Positions 1 to 10,878 of a stretch of DNA of 64,000 nt are shown one piece after another. The stretch is from assembly GCA_036867785.1 (NCBI GenBank), contig CP145417.1, positions 1 to 64,000 on the forward strand, read 5' to 3'. Source of the stretch: Plasmodiophora brassicae (taxonomy: Eukaryota). The position numbers and the translations under genes are program-made. The notes under the pieces were generated by a model. It did no database searches. It had not been told where the DNA came from and saw only the letters and a list, made by a program, of their open reading frames with translations. The stretch's first letter is position 1. Each line of letters opens with the position of its first letter.

Positions 1-343
1 AAAACCCTAAAACCCTAAAACCCTAAAAACCCTAAAACCCTAAAACCCTAAAACCCTAAAACCCTAAAACCCTAAAACCCTAAAACCCTAAAACCCTAAA
101 ACCCTAAAACCCTAAAACCCTAAAACCCTAAAACCCTAAAACCCTAAAACCCTAAAACCCTAAAACCCTAAAACCCTAAAACCCTAAAACCCTAAAACCC
201 TAAAACCCTAAAACCCTAAAACCCTAAACCCTAAAACCCTAAAACCCTAAGCCCTAAAAACCCTAAAGCCCTAAAAAAACCCTAAAAAACCCTAAAACCC
301 TAACCCTAAAACCCTAAAACCCCTAAAACCCTAAAAAACCCTA
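1..343 (-). repeat. Telomere, (CCCTAAAA)n on + strand = (TTTTAGGG)n
   Basis: Near-perfect 8-nt tandem repeat from base 1. It becomes degenerate after ~225 and joins unique sequence abruptly at ~344. Confidence 0.98.
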
Positions 344-3300
344 TCCTGCGAAGACCTGTCCTGGGATTCGTTCCGCAACGTCTCTGGCTGGCTTCTGTCT
401 TACTTGTGCTGGCACGACCACGTGCCACCACACCAAGGCATGATTGAACGCCATCGGCGAGAGGTCGTATCTTGCCTGCAGGCTTCACCGGCAGGCCTTC
501 GTGACAAATTCGACCAATGGCTTCGGCAGACCACTGCGACACCATCGTCTGGTGCACAGATGATGCGTCACTGTAGCCTGCTCTCTACATCATGCGGCTT
601 GTGGCCGCTGGATTTGATGGTCACAGTGTGTTTGAGCACCGATCCTGTCATCGTCGACCTATTCTTGGATTCCCCAGTGTCGGTCGACAACGTGGACGCC
701 CTCTTCAACGAATACGGTGTCCCGTTCGGCTGCCTGTGGGACGTCGTCCACCCTCTGATCGACAGACGGCGGTCCCACATCATCGCTTTGCGGTTTGGCA
801 CGTCAGACGTCGTTGCTGTAAGCCTTTGCGATTCCTTGTTCCTGTACGTTTCTGACTTCGTATGTAGCGGTTAGGAAGGGGCGACGACTCGTTGCCGGTC
901 AAACGAGTGGCAGCTTTGGCGGTACTGTCTACAATAGCGCTACCCCTGATGCACCTGCGGAACAGCTCGCCGATGCTCTGGCTCGAAGTACTGCCGTCGT
1001 CAGCGGTACGTGTCAGTTGTGAAAGGGCGCCGGCCCCGATGATAATGGTCTGCGACGGACATGGCCAGCCTAAGCAGGAGTGCACCGGGCACAAAGATCC
1101 AGTCGAACACGGGGACGAGGACGACCGCACAATAGAATACCTGGAGCGTATCAGGGATGCACACGAAGCCGCTGAGCGTGACGAAGTCGGTGATGATTGC
1201 GAGGATCCGGTGGGAGACTCCGAGTGCGATGACCCTGACCCAGGCGACGCAATCGGGGACGACGTCGAAACTGATTCTGACTCTTCGTATTCGATGGATG
1301 ACGGCGACGTCCCTGACCCCAGCAATGTCGACGGAAGCGATGACGAACGCATCGACCCCTCCGTAGACCACCTCGTCCGCCAGTCGACGCCGCCCTGTGC
1401 TAGTGCACCAGCAATGGATCTGTCCACGTTTGAGGTCATACACCTCGACGAATTCGCCGGCGAACGCTTCTGGGATGTCTTCGGATCCCCCAGGAAAGAG
1501 GCCTTCTGCGGCCGGTTCCGCTTCGATCTGGCGGATGAGGCGCGTCGCGCCTCAGACGCTCACGGGGGTCGCCCGCGATTGCGGCCGGTGTTTGACGTCG
1601 ACTCTTTGCAAGCAATCACGACTTCGATCGGGACCTGGCTGCAGCACTTTCCTGTGCACGAAGCCAAATCGTTTGCCTTCCTGCACATGATGCAGAGGTA
1701 CGGGAACTACCGTGCACGTCAGTCGGATACGGGAAGCTCGGTACACGATCTGCGTGTGCAGCGAGACGACGAGAAGGCGTCGCGGTCAGTGGCGCAGTTG
1801 CCGCGATTCCTGTTGGGTCAGGTTGACTGCCATCCCATGGCAAATGTCTCGATCTTCTTAATCGCTGCCGCACCCCGTTGGACGCATCGTTCCCTCAAGC
1901 AGCACTGCTCCAGGGCGGTTTCCGCTGCGTTCAGTGCCTGCCAAGCAGATCTGCCGGACGAGATCAACGACTACCTTAACCAGTTTGGGGCCCACCGCCG
2001 CCCCGTGGTTATGCCACCTTCGTCCGCCCGCGCTGTCCTGGAGGCTCTTGAGGATGAGCTTGACGGCTCCATCATGGTGTTGATGCAAGCGCTAGGTGTG
2101 CGCTCGTTGATGAAAATGACGTGTGTCGCCGACGTTCTCGAGGTGCGCCGCTACTTGCGAACGTTCTGGCCGTCAACGTTAATGGACTGCGCGCGCTTCG
2201 ACATCGGGTCCAACGTGTCGGCCGAACCCTTCCCCGACAACACAGCCGTTGCCGTCTGCCGCGACTACTCAGCGCTGCGAGATCTGGACGTCGGCTGTGG
2301 CATCGCGCCACGCAAGAGCTCGTACTATCCGGTCGGGGAGGTCGCCGGGTTCGGTGGATGCAAGTCACGTTGCAGTTCCGTTATGGCATCCGCGCGCTCG
2401 TGCTACAACGCGACCGTGTCGCAGCGCACGCGGGATCGTGGGCGCGTTCTGGTGGACCCCGTCCGCTTTGCCCACATCGGTACCCTGAACGCGGCCGTCC
2501 GCGCTACGTTCGAGAAGGGCAAGGTCCGGAAGTCGATCGCTGGGTTGCCCGCCGCGCTTAGGAAGTACGGCCCGGTCAAGAAGGAAGACGTAAAGCGGGC
2601 GTTGAATCCGGTGAGGGACGCGATGCGGAAGCGTATCCGATTCTGTCGCCAGATGGCCGCCGAACGCGTTCCTGTCGTGCACCGCGTTGAGTACGTCGCT
2701 AACCTGACCATGCGCCATGCGTGCTTCAACAGCATGTGGCAGGAGGCCGATGGGTTCAACGACGATGCCACGTTCCTGCTGCTGGACGCGGAAGCCGTCT
2801 GGGCACATCTCCGGCGGAAACTAGAGCAGTATGTCGTGTTCCCTCGCAAGATGTACCGCGCGATGTTTCGCCGGCTGGAGCGCGGTCGCCGGTCTCCTTT
2901 CGTGTCCAACATCGATCGGCGGTCGCTGAACGCGCTGCAGATCTTCGAAGACTGTTTCAATGCGGTTTTTGACGGCTCGTCCATCAACCCAGGTCGGTTC
3001 TACCACCGGGCCACGCCGGACAGCAATGTCGGGCCGTGGCTGTCGAACGGGTCGCCTCTCGACTACGTGTCTTCGTCTCTGCAGTTTGGCCGCTTCTTCG
3101 TCGACGACACGTACATGGATCCGCTTGCCCTGGTCATCAACAAGGGCGAGTTTATGAATTTCATTCAGAGCCTCGACTACGTCGACATGATGTCGACAGT
3201 CCTGCGGATCTCCGTCAGAGGAAACCGGCATGCGCTCCACTACCTGGTCCAGTCGTGGTTCCTGGTCATCTCATCAGGGCTGAGCTCAATGCTGACGCCG

Positions 3301-6300
3301 GACGCCATTGCTCTGAACCTTCTGCAGACTGAAGCTGCGTATACGTACGATCAGTTGGCGAAGAGGAAGATTTTGGCGCCCGGGGTATGGCATGCTCTGG
3401 ATCGACCGGACCTGGACCAGGAGCACGATTACCTGTTCGCGGGTTTCATGCGGTCGCTGGACGCCCTGTACCGCCTGGGCAGGCGTGGATCGACGCTCGA
3501 TCCGTCGCTGTCGTCGCTGCCAACCGTTAGTTTTTCCAACTGGATCGCAACGAATTGGATGTCGCCGGGCGTCGAACGGTTGCCACACCGGGCCCTGTGG
3601 CGCGACGTGATGTCCATCATACCCGAATCACGATACGACGATTACAACGTGACGAAAGCGTTGGTGGAGCGCGTCAAGAGAACCAGGGACCGTCAGGGAC
3701 GTGATGGCATCCACGTGACGCTGTTGCTCCGCTGGTCGGGACGCGTCATCCATCCGTTCGTCGCCCTGGTCGACCCGCCTCCTGACGAAATCACCGATGA
3801 GTATGTGTCCGATCTGATGGGGTCTGCGACCAAGACCGTCGCTCAGCGTCGAGCGATGCGTGCTCGCCCCGATGGACGCTGGGCGCCGTCGTCGCGTTTT
3901 CTGGCCGTATTGGCGCACGTCGTCATGATTGTCCCGCCATTGCATGATCGATCGGCTGTGGTGCGTCTGCCAGCGTCGTCTGACCCGATGACTCTGAGCA
4001 CGTTGCCGCTGGCACCACGGTCAGTCACGCTGTTTGATGCGTGCAAGAGTTGGCGCGACGTACCCCTCCCGTCGGCAAACCAGGGGAGCAAGAAGCGGCA
4101 CTGGCTATGGGAGGCGCTGGCCCTCATCCAGGGCGTCCTGCACTCGTCGCCGGACGCGCGGGGCGCCTGCACCAAGATCGACTGGGGCTCGTTCCTGGCC
4201 GACCCGCACAACGGCCTGCTAGTCCAGGCAGCGGGCGTCGACGCGGTCGTGCATTTGTCCAAGGGCCACAGGACAATGTCGACGCAGGTGCACGCCGCTG
4301 TCAAGGGCGTCAAGGACAGGTGGCCGTCTCCCGTCGACCTGTCGACTTGGTCGACGGCGGAAAAAATCCTGATTCTCGTGTATCACGCACGCGCGCTGGG
4401 CCCCGGCGTGCTGACGTATGTCGGCGCCGGTCGAAACGACGCCGTTCGTGACCCCGCTGAGCATGTCCTCGTCGTCGACGACTTACTGGAGATGTTCGGC
4501 GCTGCACGCATCGATTGGCGCCCCTACAAGCACGCTCTCGCGCTGATCGGCGCTGTGGGGCGCACGCTCGTCGAGATCGGCCTGAGCTCGAGGCACGCAC
4601 ATGCCTATTTCGTCAACGCCTTCGAGCTGGTGATCCTGGACTCACGACCAAGGCCGATGGCAGAGGCGACGTCGTCGAGGTTTCGCGGCATCGTCGACGA
4701 TATGGTGGGCGCGTACGTCGCCGCCATTCGCCAGCGCCGGGGGAACCGAGCCGACCAGGCTGACGAGGCCGTTGACGACGACGCTGCTGCCGACGGCGAT
4801 GGACCTACGCGTCGAACGAGGAGCAGTCGACGCGCCGTTACCCTGCAGAGCCGCGCAGCAGTCAAACGCAGGCGAATCGTTCGTCGCTGGCTGCTTTGCT
4901 GATCACGGATTACTGTACTGACTGCGTTCCCAACAGGCCGCTGCAGACGCCCTCTCGATGTCCAGCTCGGAAGACGACAGCGATGACTCGTCAAGGGACA
5001 CCAGCGAGCTGTGCCAGTCGACGTCGCGCGAAAGCCAGGTTGACAGCGTTGGACGCCGTTTGCAGACTGACGATGGATGTGTGCCACAGAAGAAACGAAG
5101 CCATCAGGGTGCGAAGCGCCGAAAGTTGTGTGGCACGACGACACGCCCTGTGGTCAGTTGCTATATTGTGATGCCAGCGGGATGTAGACTGAACTGGCGG
5201 AACGTTGCAGAGGCCTCTGCCGGTTACGTCGACGACTGTGATCAAGGACCCTCCTAACACGCGCACCATGCCGCCTGCTTCGGTTGGCATTCCTTGTACC
5301 CCGCCTCGACTGCGTTACTGACCGTCCGCCTGCTGTAGGCACAGACTGGACATGCGAACCGCCGTTTCACAGCGCCAAAACTGGTTCGAAACTGACATCG
5401 CCGGTACTCAGGCGAAGATAACATCTAACACGCTCGCATTGACCATAGGCACCCGAACGTACACCTGGCGGACGTGCGAGCCGGCCCGCCCAAGGCGTCA
5501 ACCGCGAACCGGTGAAAGAAGAACAAAGTCCTTCACAGGTGTGGTATACTGCATAATTGTCATAGTCGGCGCTGAAATTGACATTTAGGAGCGTGACGCT
5601 GGGTCGTTACTGCCAGCGGGCATATCGAACAATGATGCGGCAGGCGTTTGCCGATCTATTTGCTACGCGATTGCACCGGTGCAGATCTTGCGGTCATTGC
5701 CGGGCTGGGAACGTGTCTCCGGCCCCGCGCCCTGGATTGACCTGTACAATAAGGTCATGAACCCTCGTCTGGATCTGAACGCGGCGTCCGACATCCTGGT
5801 TGACCTCATCAAGGCCATCAGCGACGCTGACCGGGCGACGAGGTCGTTCGATCCCGGGCAACAGCACGATGCCGACGACTTCGCGCTGGAGCTGCTGCAG
5901 CAGATGCAGGCGTACGAGGTTGTCGGGGCCCTAGGTCATCCGATCGAAAGAGCGATCATTGGCTTTGTCGAGCATGTCGTCGACGCGTGCAAGACCTGCG
6001 GCCATGTCACTAGGCGTCCGCCCTGCGAGCTCCCGGTTGTTATGCTGGGTGGTTCGCACGGCCGAACGTCCCTCGCCGACGCGTTACTCCTAGAGCACAC
6101 TACGACGATCGCCAGGAGGTGCACTGCTGAACGGCCGTGCAATCGCGGGCAGGACGTGGAGCACCGAAGCACGACGGTTCGTCAGTTGAAGGGCAAGGTC
6201 GAGGAAGGCCAAGTGATGCTGGTGCGGCAGGATCCCATCGAAATCGTCCAGGAGCCAGGTCTCGATGGTCAGACCATCAGTATGGCGCGGCGCAAGACAG

Positions 6301-6632
6301 CGGTGGTACGTGCCGGCCCGACAACGATGATGGATGGAAACCTGGGCATATCTGATTTCTTCTTTGAGCAGGATGTGGTGCCACAGGCGGTCTTCCAAGT
6401 TGGAGATGCGTATTTCCAGTTGGTCGGCCTTGTCGACCACTGGGGTAATGCCCACGTCGCTGGACACGACGAAGGCCATTACGTGTCCTGGGTGAAGCAG
6501 GCACGTGGTGGCTGGGCGTTCTGCGACACCAGTCGCGTGCAAGGGTATTCCGACGCGCACGTCGCCGACTTGCTCAGCAAGCGGGTCTACCGACTCCTGT
6601 TCTACAGGTGCTTCGCACTGCGAAGGCAATAA
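344..6632 (+). CDS. Copy A of giant multi-exon gene (5'-truncated by the telomere): unknown region + C-terminal USP-like peptidase
   Basis: The frame starting at ~350 (EDLSWDSFRNVSGWLLSYLCW) matches the internal part of copy B. Phase-0 GT..AG introns at 818-867 and 4879-4936 join ORF 404, ORF 892-4902 and ORF 4958 in frame. Further short exons appear to lead to the USP exons but were not all phase-checked. Confidence 0.6.
892..4902 (+). CDS. Large exon (~1330 aa) of unknown function, paralogous to 15983-20116
   Basis: Long uninterrupted ORF that is colinear with the copy B ORF (DVDSLQAI, RFDIGSNV, YNATVSQRTRDR, RVPVVHR.EY, ALNLLQTE). No domain recognised. Confidence 0.85.
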   Translation: MPVKRVAALAVLSTIALPLMHLRNSSPMLWLEVLPSSAVRVSCERAPAPMIMVCDGHGQPKQECTGHKDPVEHGDEDDRTIEYLERIRDAHEAAERDEVGDDCEDPVGDSECDDPDPGDAIGDDVETDSDSSYSMDDGDVPDPSNVDGSDDERIDPSVDHLVRQSTPPCASAPAMDLSTFEVIHLDEFAGERFWDVFGSPRKEAFCGRFRFDLADEARRASDAHGGRPRLRPVFDVDSLQAITTSIGTWLQHFPVHEAKSFAFLHMMQRYGNYRARQSDTGSSVHDLRVQRDDEKASRSVAQLPRFLLGQVDCHPMANVSIFLIAAAPRWTHRSLKQHCSRAVSAAFSACQADLPDEINDYLNQFGAHRRPVVMPPSSARAVLEALEDELDGSIMVLMQALGVRSLMKMTCVADVLEVRRYLRTFWPSTLMDCARFDIGSNVSAEPFPDNTAVAVCRDYSALRDLDVGCGIAPRKSSYYPVGEVAGFGGCKSRCSSVMASARSCYNATVSQRTRDRGRVLVDPVRFAHIGTLNAAVRATFEKGKVRKSIAGLPAALRKYGPVKKEDVKRALNPVRDAMRKRIRFCRQMAAERVPVVHRVEYVANLTMRHACFNSMWQEADGFNDDATFLLLDAEAVWAHLRRKLEQYVVFPRKMYRAMFRRLERGRRSPFVSNIDRRSLNALQIFEDCFNAVFDGSSINPGRFYHRATPDSNVGPWLSNGSPLDYVSSSLQFGRFFVDDTYMDPLALVINKGEFMNFIQSLDYVDMMSTVLRISVRGNRHALHYLVQSWFLVISSGLSSMLTPDAIALNLLQTEAAYTYDQLAKRKILAPGVWHALDRPDLDQEHDYLFAGFMRSLDALYRLGRRGSTLDPSLSSLPTVSFSNWIATNWMSPGVERLPHRALWRDVMSIIPESRYDDYNVTKALVERVKRTRDRQGRDGIHVTLLLRWSGRVIHPFVALVDPPPDEITDEYVSDLMGSATKTVAQRRAMRARPDGRWAPSSRFLAVLAHVVMIVPPLHDRSAVVRLPASSDPMTLSTLPLAPRSVTLFDACKSWRDVPLPSANQGSKKRHWLWEALALIQGVLHSSPDARGACTKIDWGSFLADPHNGLLVQAAGVDAVVHLSKGHRTMSTQVHAAVKGVKDRWPSPVDLSTWSTAEKILILVYHARALGPGVLTYVGAGRNDAVRDPAEHVLVVDDLLEMFGAARIDWRPYKHALALIGAVGRTLVEIGLSSRHAHAYFVNAFELVILDSRPRPMAEATSSRFRGIVDDMVGAYVAAIRQRRGNRADQADEAVDDDAAADGDGPTRRTRSSRRAVTLQSRAAVKRRRIVRRWLLC
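5589..6632 (+). CDS. Ubiquitin-specific protease (C19/USP)-like domain, copy A
   Basis: Cys-box-like GISNNDAAGVCRSICYAIAPVQIL, QHDADDF (cf. QQDAxEF), a CxxC finger and His box GHYVSWVK..WAFCD. Likely in-frame intron at 6306-6371. Confidence 0.75.
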   Translation, partial: ERDAGSLLPAGISNNDAAGVCRSICYAIAPVQILRSLPGWERVSGPAPWIDLYNKVMNPRLDLNAASDILVDLIKAISDADRATRSFDPGQQHDADDFALELLQQMQAYEVVGALGHPIERAIIGFVEHVVDACKTCGHVTRRPPCELPVVMLGGSHGRTSLADALLLEHTTTIARRCTAERPCNRGQDVEHRSTTVRQLKGKVEEGQVMLVRQDPIEIVQEPGLDGQTISMARRKTAVVRAGPTTMMDGNLGISDFFFEQDVVPQAVFQVGDAYFQLVGLVDHWGNAHVAGHDEGHYVSWVKQARGGWAFCDTSRVQGYSDAHVADLLSKRVYRLLFYRCFALRRQ

Positions 6633-6829
6633 AGCTTGTCCATCGTCGAGTTCATCTGCCTGGCCATGCAGTAGAAAGAATGGTGGAACATATGATCCGT
6701 AAAAGACGTTGTATTCGTTTGCGTTGTTGAGAAGTTGTACCTCACGCCTTCTTGCCAGGCCGCACGCTGCAGTACAACTCAGGGATAATGAAGTAGGACC
6801 GCTCTGACACGTACTGAACCGCGTTTGCT

Positions 6830-7780
6830 TGGAGTCGAGCGCAATCACCTGCCTCACGTGCATGCTGCGACACCCGAAACGCCTGCATCGCTCGTCTGGT
6901 CTGACCTGCCATGCTTGACACGCATGCAGGGACGACGTCGGCGCTGTCGACCGCCGGCCACTTCAGCAAAGGATGCCGTCCGGCGCCGCCTGACGCCAGG
7001 ACGACCTGCAGGGCCGGCGTTCGCGCGTGTCGACCTAATCTGCTTGTAGTGATCTGGGTGAGGCGATACGCCGGCGGCGGGTGGTCGACGGCAGATAGGC
7101 GTGCGCATGTCGATCAACGGCAACGGACACTGGGCGCCACCTGCCTGCTGGAAGACCTGCAGGGCAGGCAGGTGCCGCTCGACAGGCCGACGGGGACATC
7201 GGCGAGAAGACCTTTGGTTGCTCGGTCCGCCATCAACGCATGGTGCACGACAGCGGCGCGCGCGACCGATTGCAACGATCGGCGAACGTCCAGCGCGCCG
7301 CCTCAGCTGAGGAGCATGCCGGCGCGATGCTGGACCAGCCCCGCCAAGACACGATGACAGCTACCCGGCAGGTGCTCATGCTGGACGGACGACGGCAGGC
7401 GACAGCCAGCAGGTGCGTCCTGTCCAGCGTGTTAGAGGGCCTGCACGCCTGTGCATCAGACGACGACACGTACCAGTGCTGCAACTGCAGGGCGTTCACA
7501 CAGACAGATCGGGCACGCCGGCAGGCGTCCAGCAGGACGCGATATGGTCGTCGTGAGTCCATTGGGCCGTGCTGCCCATCTGCGGCGACGTCGCAGCGGG
7601 TGCAGGCACGGCAGACAGGCGCGTCAGGGTGTCGGCGTCCTGCGACGTGCGAGGCTGAACACAACAGCATATCCGGCGGGCGTGGACGACGATGCAGTAG
7701 GCGGCGTTGGCGACCGGCAGCGTCGTCGAGTAGTCAGTCGCGGGCGACGCCCACCATGGAGTCGGCGCCTGCTTCACGTT
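6830..7780 (+). repeat. Dispersed non-coding subtelomeric repeat (copy 1)
   Basis: Alignable by eye to ~21765-22300, ~23620-23990, ~25300-25400 and, inverted, to 36655-37270. Confidence 0.65.
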
Positions 7781-8024
7781 GAGAGGACTCCACGTCTGTG
7801 CCGTATACCGCCCTCCAACGGGCATGCGCATCGCGACCTCGTGTAGGAGGCGTCGGAGGACGGCGCACGCTCCATGGTGTATAGCGCATCCGCCCAGGCG
7901 ACCGCACGCCGCACCGCCGCACGCCACCGGGGCCGCCAGCAAAAAACAACGCGGCTGTTTTTGGGAGGTCTCAGGAGTTTTTTGCGTAACCAAGACAAGG
8001 GATACACCTGTCATATCATCCTTT

Positions 8025-9990
8025 ACCGTCACCGCCGCCGACCAACTGTCAACAGCCGCGTCTCGAATCGACAGGCAACCGGCACACGTACGGAAAGGTC
8101 AGGAGAAATGCTATCAGGTGCACCTGGTTTCAGAGCAATATGGAATTTCCCGAAGGCGAACAGCACGCAGATGCACAGCAGTTCTCAGCGGACGCCGTCA
8201 CCGCCGCCGACCAACTGTCAACAGCCGCGTCTCGAATCGACAGGCAACCGGCACACGTACTGAAAGGGCGTTGGAAATGCTGTCCGATGCACCTGGTGTC
8301 AGAGCAATATGGAATTTCCCGAAGGCGAACAGCACGCAGATGCACAGCAGTTCTCAGCGGACGCCGTCACCGCCGCCGACCAACTGTCAACAGCCGCGTC
8401 TCGAATCGACAGGCAACCGGCACACGTACTGAAAGGGCGTTGGAAATGCTGTCCGATGCACCTGGTGTCAGAGCAATATGGAATTTCCCGAAGGCGAACA
8501 GCACGCAGATGCACAGCAGTTCTCAGCGGACGCCGTCACCGCCGCCGACCAACTGTCAACAGCCGCGTCTCGAATCGACTGGCAACCGGCACACGTACTG
8601 AAAGGGCGTTGGAAATGCTGTCCGATGCACCTGGTTTCAGAGCAATATGGAATTTCCCGAAGGCGAACAGCACGCAGATGCACAGCAGTTCTCAGCGGAC
8701 GCCGTCACCGCCGCCGACCAACTGTCAACAGCCGCGTCTCGAATCGACAGGCAACCGGCACACGTACTGAAAGGGCGTTGGAAATGCTGTCCGATGCACC
8801 TGGTTTCAGAGCAATATGGAATTTCCCGAAGGCGAACAGCACGCAGATGCACAGCAGTTCTCAGCGGACGCCGTCACCGCCGCCGACCAACTGTCAACAG
8901 CCGCGTCTCGAATCGACTGGCAACCGGCACACGTACTGAAAGGGCGTTGGAAATGCTGTCCGATGCACCTGGTTTCAGAGCAATATGGAATTTCCCGAAG
9001 GCGAAAAGCACGCAGATGCACAGCAGTTCTCAGCGGACGCCGTCACCGCCGCCGACCAACTGTCAACAGCCGCGTCTCGAATCGACTGGCAACCGGCACA
9101 CGTACTGAAAGGGCGTTGGAAATGCTGTCCGATGCACCTGGTTTCAGAGCAATATGGAATTTCCCGAAGGCGAACAGCACGCAGATGCACAGCAGTTCTC
9201 AGCGGACGCCGTCACCGCCGCCGACCAACTGTCAACAGCCGCGTCTCGAATCGACAGGCAACCGGCACACGTACGGAAAGGCCAGGAGAAATGCTATCAG
9301 GTGCACCTGGTTTCAGAGCAATATGGAATTTCCCGAAGGCGAACAGCACGCAGATGCACAGCAGTTCTCAGCGGACGCCGTCACCGCCGCCGACCAACTG
9401 TCAACAGCCGCGTCTCGAATCGACAGGCAACCGGCACACGTACTGAAAGGGCGTTGGAAATGCTGTCCGATGCACCTGGTGTCAGAGCAATATGGAATTT
9501 CCCGAAGGCGAACAGCACGCAGATGCACAGCAGTTCTCAGCGGACGCCGTCACCGCCGCCGACCAACTGTCAACAGCCGCGTCTCGAATCGACTGGCAAC
9601 CGGCACACGTACTGAAAGGGCGTTGGAAATGCTGTCCGATGCACCTGGTTTCAGAGCAATATGGAATTTCCCGAAGGTGAACAGCACGCAGATGCACAGC
9701 AGTTCTCAGCGGACGCCGTCACCGCCGCCGACCAACTGTCAACAGCCGCGTCTCGAATCGACAGGCAACCGGCACACGTACTGAAAGGGCGTTGGAAATG
9801 CTGTCCGATGCACCTGGTTTCAGAGCAATATGGAATTTCCCGAAGGCGAACAGCACGCAGATGCACAGCAGTTCTCAGCGGACGCCGTCACCGCCGCCGA
9901 CCAACTGGTCAACAGACGCGTCTCGATTCGACAGGCAACCGGCGGACGTACTGAAAGGGCAGGCGAAATGCAATCAGATGCATCTAGTGC
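8025..9990 (+). repeat. 169-bp tandem array, ~11.5 near-identical copies
   Basis: ATGGAATTTCCCGAAG recurs at 8140, 8309, 8478 ... 9830 (period 169). The last unit is diverged. Confidence 0.97.
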
Positions 9991-10878
9991 AACGGCAACA
10001 GAGAAATCACAGGGTGAACAGCAGGCATGCCCGGACAAGTTAAATCAGCGTCGCCTGGATAATAGTGTATGGCATTCCGCACGGTGGCCGATCGGGTGGG
10101 TGCGGTTGCGCAGCTTCAGGGCCTCGTGCATCAACAGCAGCGCAGGCTGGGCACGGATGACACCTGGACACCGAATGCCGAGCGGTTACATCAGGACAGT
10201 GTCGTAAACCGACGGATTTCATAACGACGCCGGCACGCACGCCAGATGTGGAGGTAGTACAAACGGAAACGCGGGACACCTGTCAGGGTCGACCTTCGCC
10301 ATGTGAGTCACGCCGGCTAAACGAAGTACTGAAGGCGCCGACGCATCGTGCCCAGACCATGACTGGAAATGCGGCAGGGCTGCAGCGTGCGGTCTAGCCA
10401 TGGTTGATCATCAGGGCGCAGGTTTGCTGGAGAACGAGACGCCAGGCGATGCCATCCATGATTCGCAAGTGCCAAAACAGTCCACACTCGGCATTTTGCG
10501 CACTCCCACGGAGTTCAGTTCTGACTTAGTGAAATCAGGAAATCTGCCCAGTCGCGCTACATTCTTGGCGATACGAGAGGAACGGTGGCACATATGCCAA
10601 CGGAAACATCCCAGCTGCCTCTGATTTTCCCTGCTCTTCCCAACGATAGCGTCATGTTCAACTGACGGTGGCCCAAACTCGCAAACAACCCCTTGTAAAT
10701 TGGATGATTCGTTCCGGGCCTACCTGCGTTCCCAGCTGGCAATGCGTCGGTTTGCTTGCACCGCCCGGCTAAGTACATAGGCCTTAGCGGTCACAAAAGT
10801 GCGCAGTGCGCGCATTTTTTGTGACCCTCCTACCATCCTACCACGACCAGTAATGAAACTTTACCATCGGCGCAAGCG

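Noticed and set aside
8130-9954. Staggered 153-aa and 71-aa ORFs, and a minus-strand exon/intron parse of the 169-bp unit
   Set aside because: The ORFs are artefacts of a period not divisible by 3. The minus-strand 123-nt segment has stops in all three frames.
10270-10790. HDV-like or hammerhead ribozyme upstream of the RT (GGCTAA motifs)
   Set aside because: I could not assemble the required helices by eye. A covariance-model search is needed.
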